Source: Lama guanicoe
Taxonomy: Eukaryota
Direction of reading: 5' to 3'
Length of the DNA stretch: 64,000 bases
NCBI GenBank assembly: GCA_013239625.1
Contig: MU054187.1
Span: 16,446,941 to 16,510,940, forward strand
The translations under genes were made by a program, and so were the position numbers. Shown in pieces: positions 61,380-64,000 of the stretch. The first letter of the stretch is position 1. Every line of letters begins with the position of its first letter. The notes under the pieces are model-generated. The model had not been told where the DNA came from, made no database searches, and saw only the letters and a program-made list of their open reading frames with translations.

Positions 61380-63860
61380 AGATTCGGAAGAAAAGGTGGG
61401 AATCCCATGAAGAGATGGATTTTGGTGGTTAGATGCATGGTGTGGGTTTTGAGAGAAACGTCACTGTTAGGAATTTTGATTTGTGAGTGATCTGCATCAA
61501 GGAGATGAAGTCACCTGTGAGAGAGAAGGAAGTGGTGGAGGAGAGATTTGCCGTTGAAAGAGAGAGCACGTGTGAAAATTCTAGGTTTATGTATTAAGGT
61601 AAAGGAAATGAGACGGCAAAACAGAAGCAACCAGAAGGATGGGAGCTTAGAGAGCTTTTCACTGAAGTCAAAAGTAGAAGGGATTTCAGGAAAGAGGAGG
61701 CGGCCAGCAGTGCCAGATACTGTGGGAAAACCCAGGGAGGAGGGCAGTGAGAATAATGTCTCCCCAAATCCTTGCTTTCATACGTGGAGAATGACCCTGT
61801 TTTCATATTGGTGATGTGATCGCATGTGCCTTGCATGATTTTCTCTGTCACTTTAGAATTTGAGAAGTTTTCCTTTGAATCCACGTTACTTGACTCCACT
61901 TTTGGAGTCAAAGGTTCTCTTGACTTCATTCTCTAGGCAAATGATCATGTATATCAGTGTTTACTGACTATAAGTGAGTGGAGCAAACATCTGAAAAGTT
62001 ATTTAAGTAACAGCAACAAAGCTTAACATTTTACAAAGATCACAGTTTCTCCTGTCTTCTTATTCAGTGTTCTAGGACTGTTTGTTTGTTTGTTTTCAAA
62101 TTACTTCTTGACAGTAGACCTATTTATGGAATCAAAACTGGAGTGAGAAGCCTGTTGAGTGGGGGTTTTGGCCTCTTGCTACTGTCTCAGCTCTGTGAGC
62201 TGATGCTTATTCTCAAGGTTGATATTGGAGAGGCAAATATATATATATGTATATGATTTTAAAAAAATCACCATTCTACCAGGCAAATGGGAATTTCTAG
62301 CTTTTCACAACTCTTCTTAAAACTTCCTTGGACCTGAGTTCATGCAGGTTCTATTAAGAATATCATTGTTGTAAAGCAAATATATTTTGCTGTAAATGAT
62401 CACCTCTATTTAGGCATCTCCCAGGTATCTCAAATGTAGGATGTCTGAAGTATAGCACATCCCTGTCTCCAACCCACTCTCTATATTGCATCTCCCATCT
62501 CTGTTCATGGTAGCCTCCTCCACTCACTTGCTCAAGCTAGAAAGAAACCAAGGAGTTACTTTTATTCTTTCTATTGTCCTCCTCTGTATTCAGTCTTTCA
62601 GTCAAGAAGTTCCATCAAATCTTTTGTCTTGATTGACTCTTCAGTCTATTGGGTACTTCTGCTCTCTTGCCTGCCACTAGTTGTGCCTTACAGTTATTCT
62701 TTCTAGCTATACTGTTTAGCACATTGCTACCTGCTGGGCATTATTCAGGTACTGGAGATCAAACAGTGAATGAGAAAGACTCATTCCATGCCTTCATGAA
62801 GCTTGCAGTGTGGTGGTGAAGACAGATACCAGTCAATCAATGACATTAATACTTAATTATTGATGAGATAAATGTTCCAAAGAAACACTACTAAGTACAA
62901 CAGGTAGAGATATAAAGACAGGTTTCTTAGGAAAAAGAAAAGACTCTTAAGCTGAAAAGCTGTGACTTAGAGGGTGAATGGGAGGAAGACAAAGTGGAGA
63001 AGGAGAGCACTGGAGGCTGAGGGAGTTCTGGAAGCGTAACCCTTGGAATAAACCTTTCTTGGAAGATCTGAAATCAGGATGGTTGGAGTAAAGTGAGCAA
63101 GTGAGGAAGATGAATGAACCAAAGCTACAGTTGAGTTGAAGCCATGTCGTACAGGGCCCTTGGGTGTGAGGACCACGTACTTCATCTTCAAAGCTGAAAT
63201 ATTTTTAAAGTGAAGGGGCAATTGGCATTAAACCGGAAGTGATCTGGGAAGGCCTGGCCATATGGTCATTGTAGAGTCATGTTCATGATTTTAGGTTTTA
63301 TCCTAAGAGAAAAGGAAAACCATTGAAGGGTATTAACTAGGGGTGTGAATTTATCAGGTTAGCTTCTCAAATAGGATTTTCTTCCATCACCCCTACCCTG
63401 TCTGTCTACTTTGTCCTGTTTTCTTTACTTTCAGAGGCCCTATCATTACCTGAATTTATACGTTTATTTGTTTGTTGTATTTCTTCTTTTGCTTCTTGAC
63501 TTTAGGCTCTGTGAGGGCGGGGACTTTGTTTTATTCACTGCTGCAGTTCCAGCACCTAGAACAGTGCACAGCATGTAACAGATGTTTTCTCAATTGTTAA
63601 ATGAATAAATCAGAGTCCAAGTGCTCTTTCAAGACACCGTGGTTACTGCCTGAATTGAACTGAAGGAATAAGAGTTGTTGGCGTGAGACGTGGTGACAGG
63701 TAGAAGAGCTGATAGATGGAGAACTAGTTAGGAGGTGTGCTTAGGATGGAGTGATCATTGAGATGTAGGTGGTAAGGAAGAAGCAGCACCAAAGGTGACT
63801 TCCAGACTTCTGGGATGAGCCACTGGGTGAATCTGAAGTGCCACCAATGGAAATTCTTGG
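61380..63860. mobile_element. Cluster of L2 fragments in both orientations
   Basis: Minus pieces at about 61400-61800 and 62710-63370 (ctgggcattattcaggtactggagat...gccttcatgaagcttgcagt). Plus pieces at about 62400-62700 and 63380-63610 (ctctgtgagggcggggactttgttttattcactgctgcagttccagcacctagaacagtgc...aaatgaataaat). Confidence 0.75.
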
Positions 63861-63869
63861 GGAAGGATA

Positions 63870-64000
63870 TGGTCTAATGGTGAAGACTGCAGGGTTCAGC
63901 CTGACTGCCTCTCTCTGGCACTATGACCTTGGGCAAATTGGTTCATTTCTGCATGCCTCAATTCCCACATCTGTATAATAGGGGATAAGACTAGTTCCCA
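63870..64000 (+). mobile_element. MIR fragment running to the window end
   Basis: ctatgaccttgggcaaatt...tgcctcaattcccacatctgtataataggggataa. Confidence 0.75.

Larger units (their letters stand above)
4633..64000 (+). other. ZFHX4: Long ZFHX4 intron running past the window end
   Basis: No downstream ORF encodes zinc-finger or homeodomain sequence; AT-rich and repeat-laden. Confidence 0.88.

Noticed and set aside
61890..61911. Hairpin ttgactcca-cttt-tggagtcaa as a terminator
   Set aside because: Rho-independent terminators do not apply to a mammalian Pol II intron, and a 9-bp stem is within chance expectation.
5687..63221. Many 60-150 aa intronic ORFs
   Set aside because: No domain or coding-like composition; many start at non-ATG codons or run through microsatellites and repeats. 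The only recognisable peptides are L1 ORF2 remnants.

Overview
Mammalian genomic DNA containing the 5' coding part of ZFHX4 (zinc finger homeobox 4) on the + strand. It holds the end of an upstream intron, a 2,636-nt first coding exon (628-3263, ATG at 674), an 866-nt intron, a 503-nt exon (4130-4632), and about 59 kb of the next long intron. No further ZFHX4 coding exon is visible in the window. The intron carries tRNA-Ala-derived SINEs that I recognise as camelid Vic-1-type (so probably camel, alpaca or llama; an inference), L1 3' ends, ancient MIR, L2 and CR1/L3 relics, microsatellites and several motif-dense unique segments that look like enhancers. Almost all ORFs after 4743 are spurious or L1 remnants. 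I see no evidence of a new multi-gene system. The best leads are RNA-level and evolutionary: a recursive-splice-site/RS-exon configuration at 24680, a C-D'-C'-D box snoRNA-like segment at about 46750, three uAUGs just upstream of the start codon, an in-frame alternative acceptor in the second coding exon, and an exonic GC/CpG surge suggesting GC-biased gene conversion. Repeat boundaries were judged by eye and are approximate; family assignments and human comparisons come from memory, not from searches.
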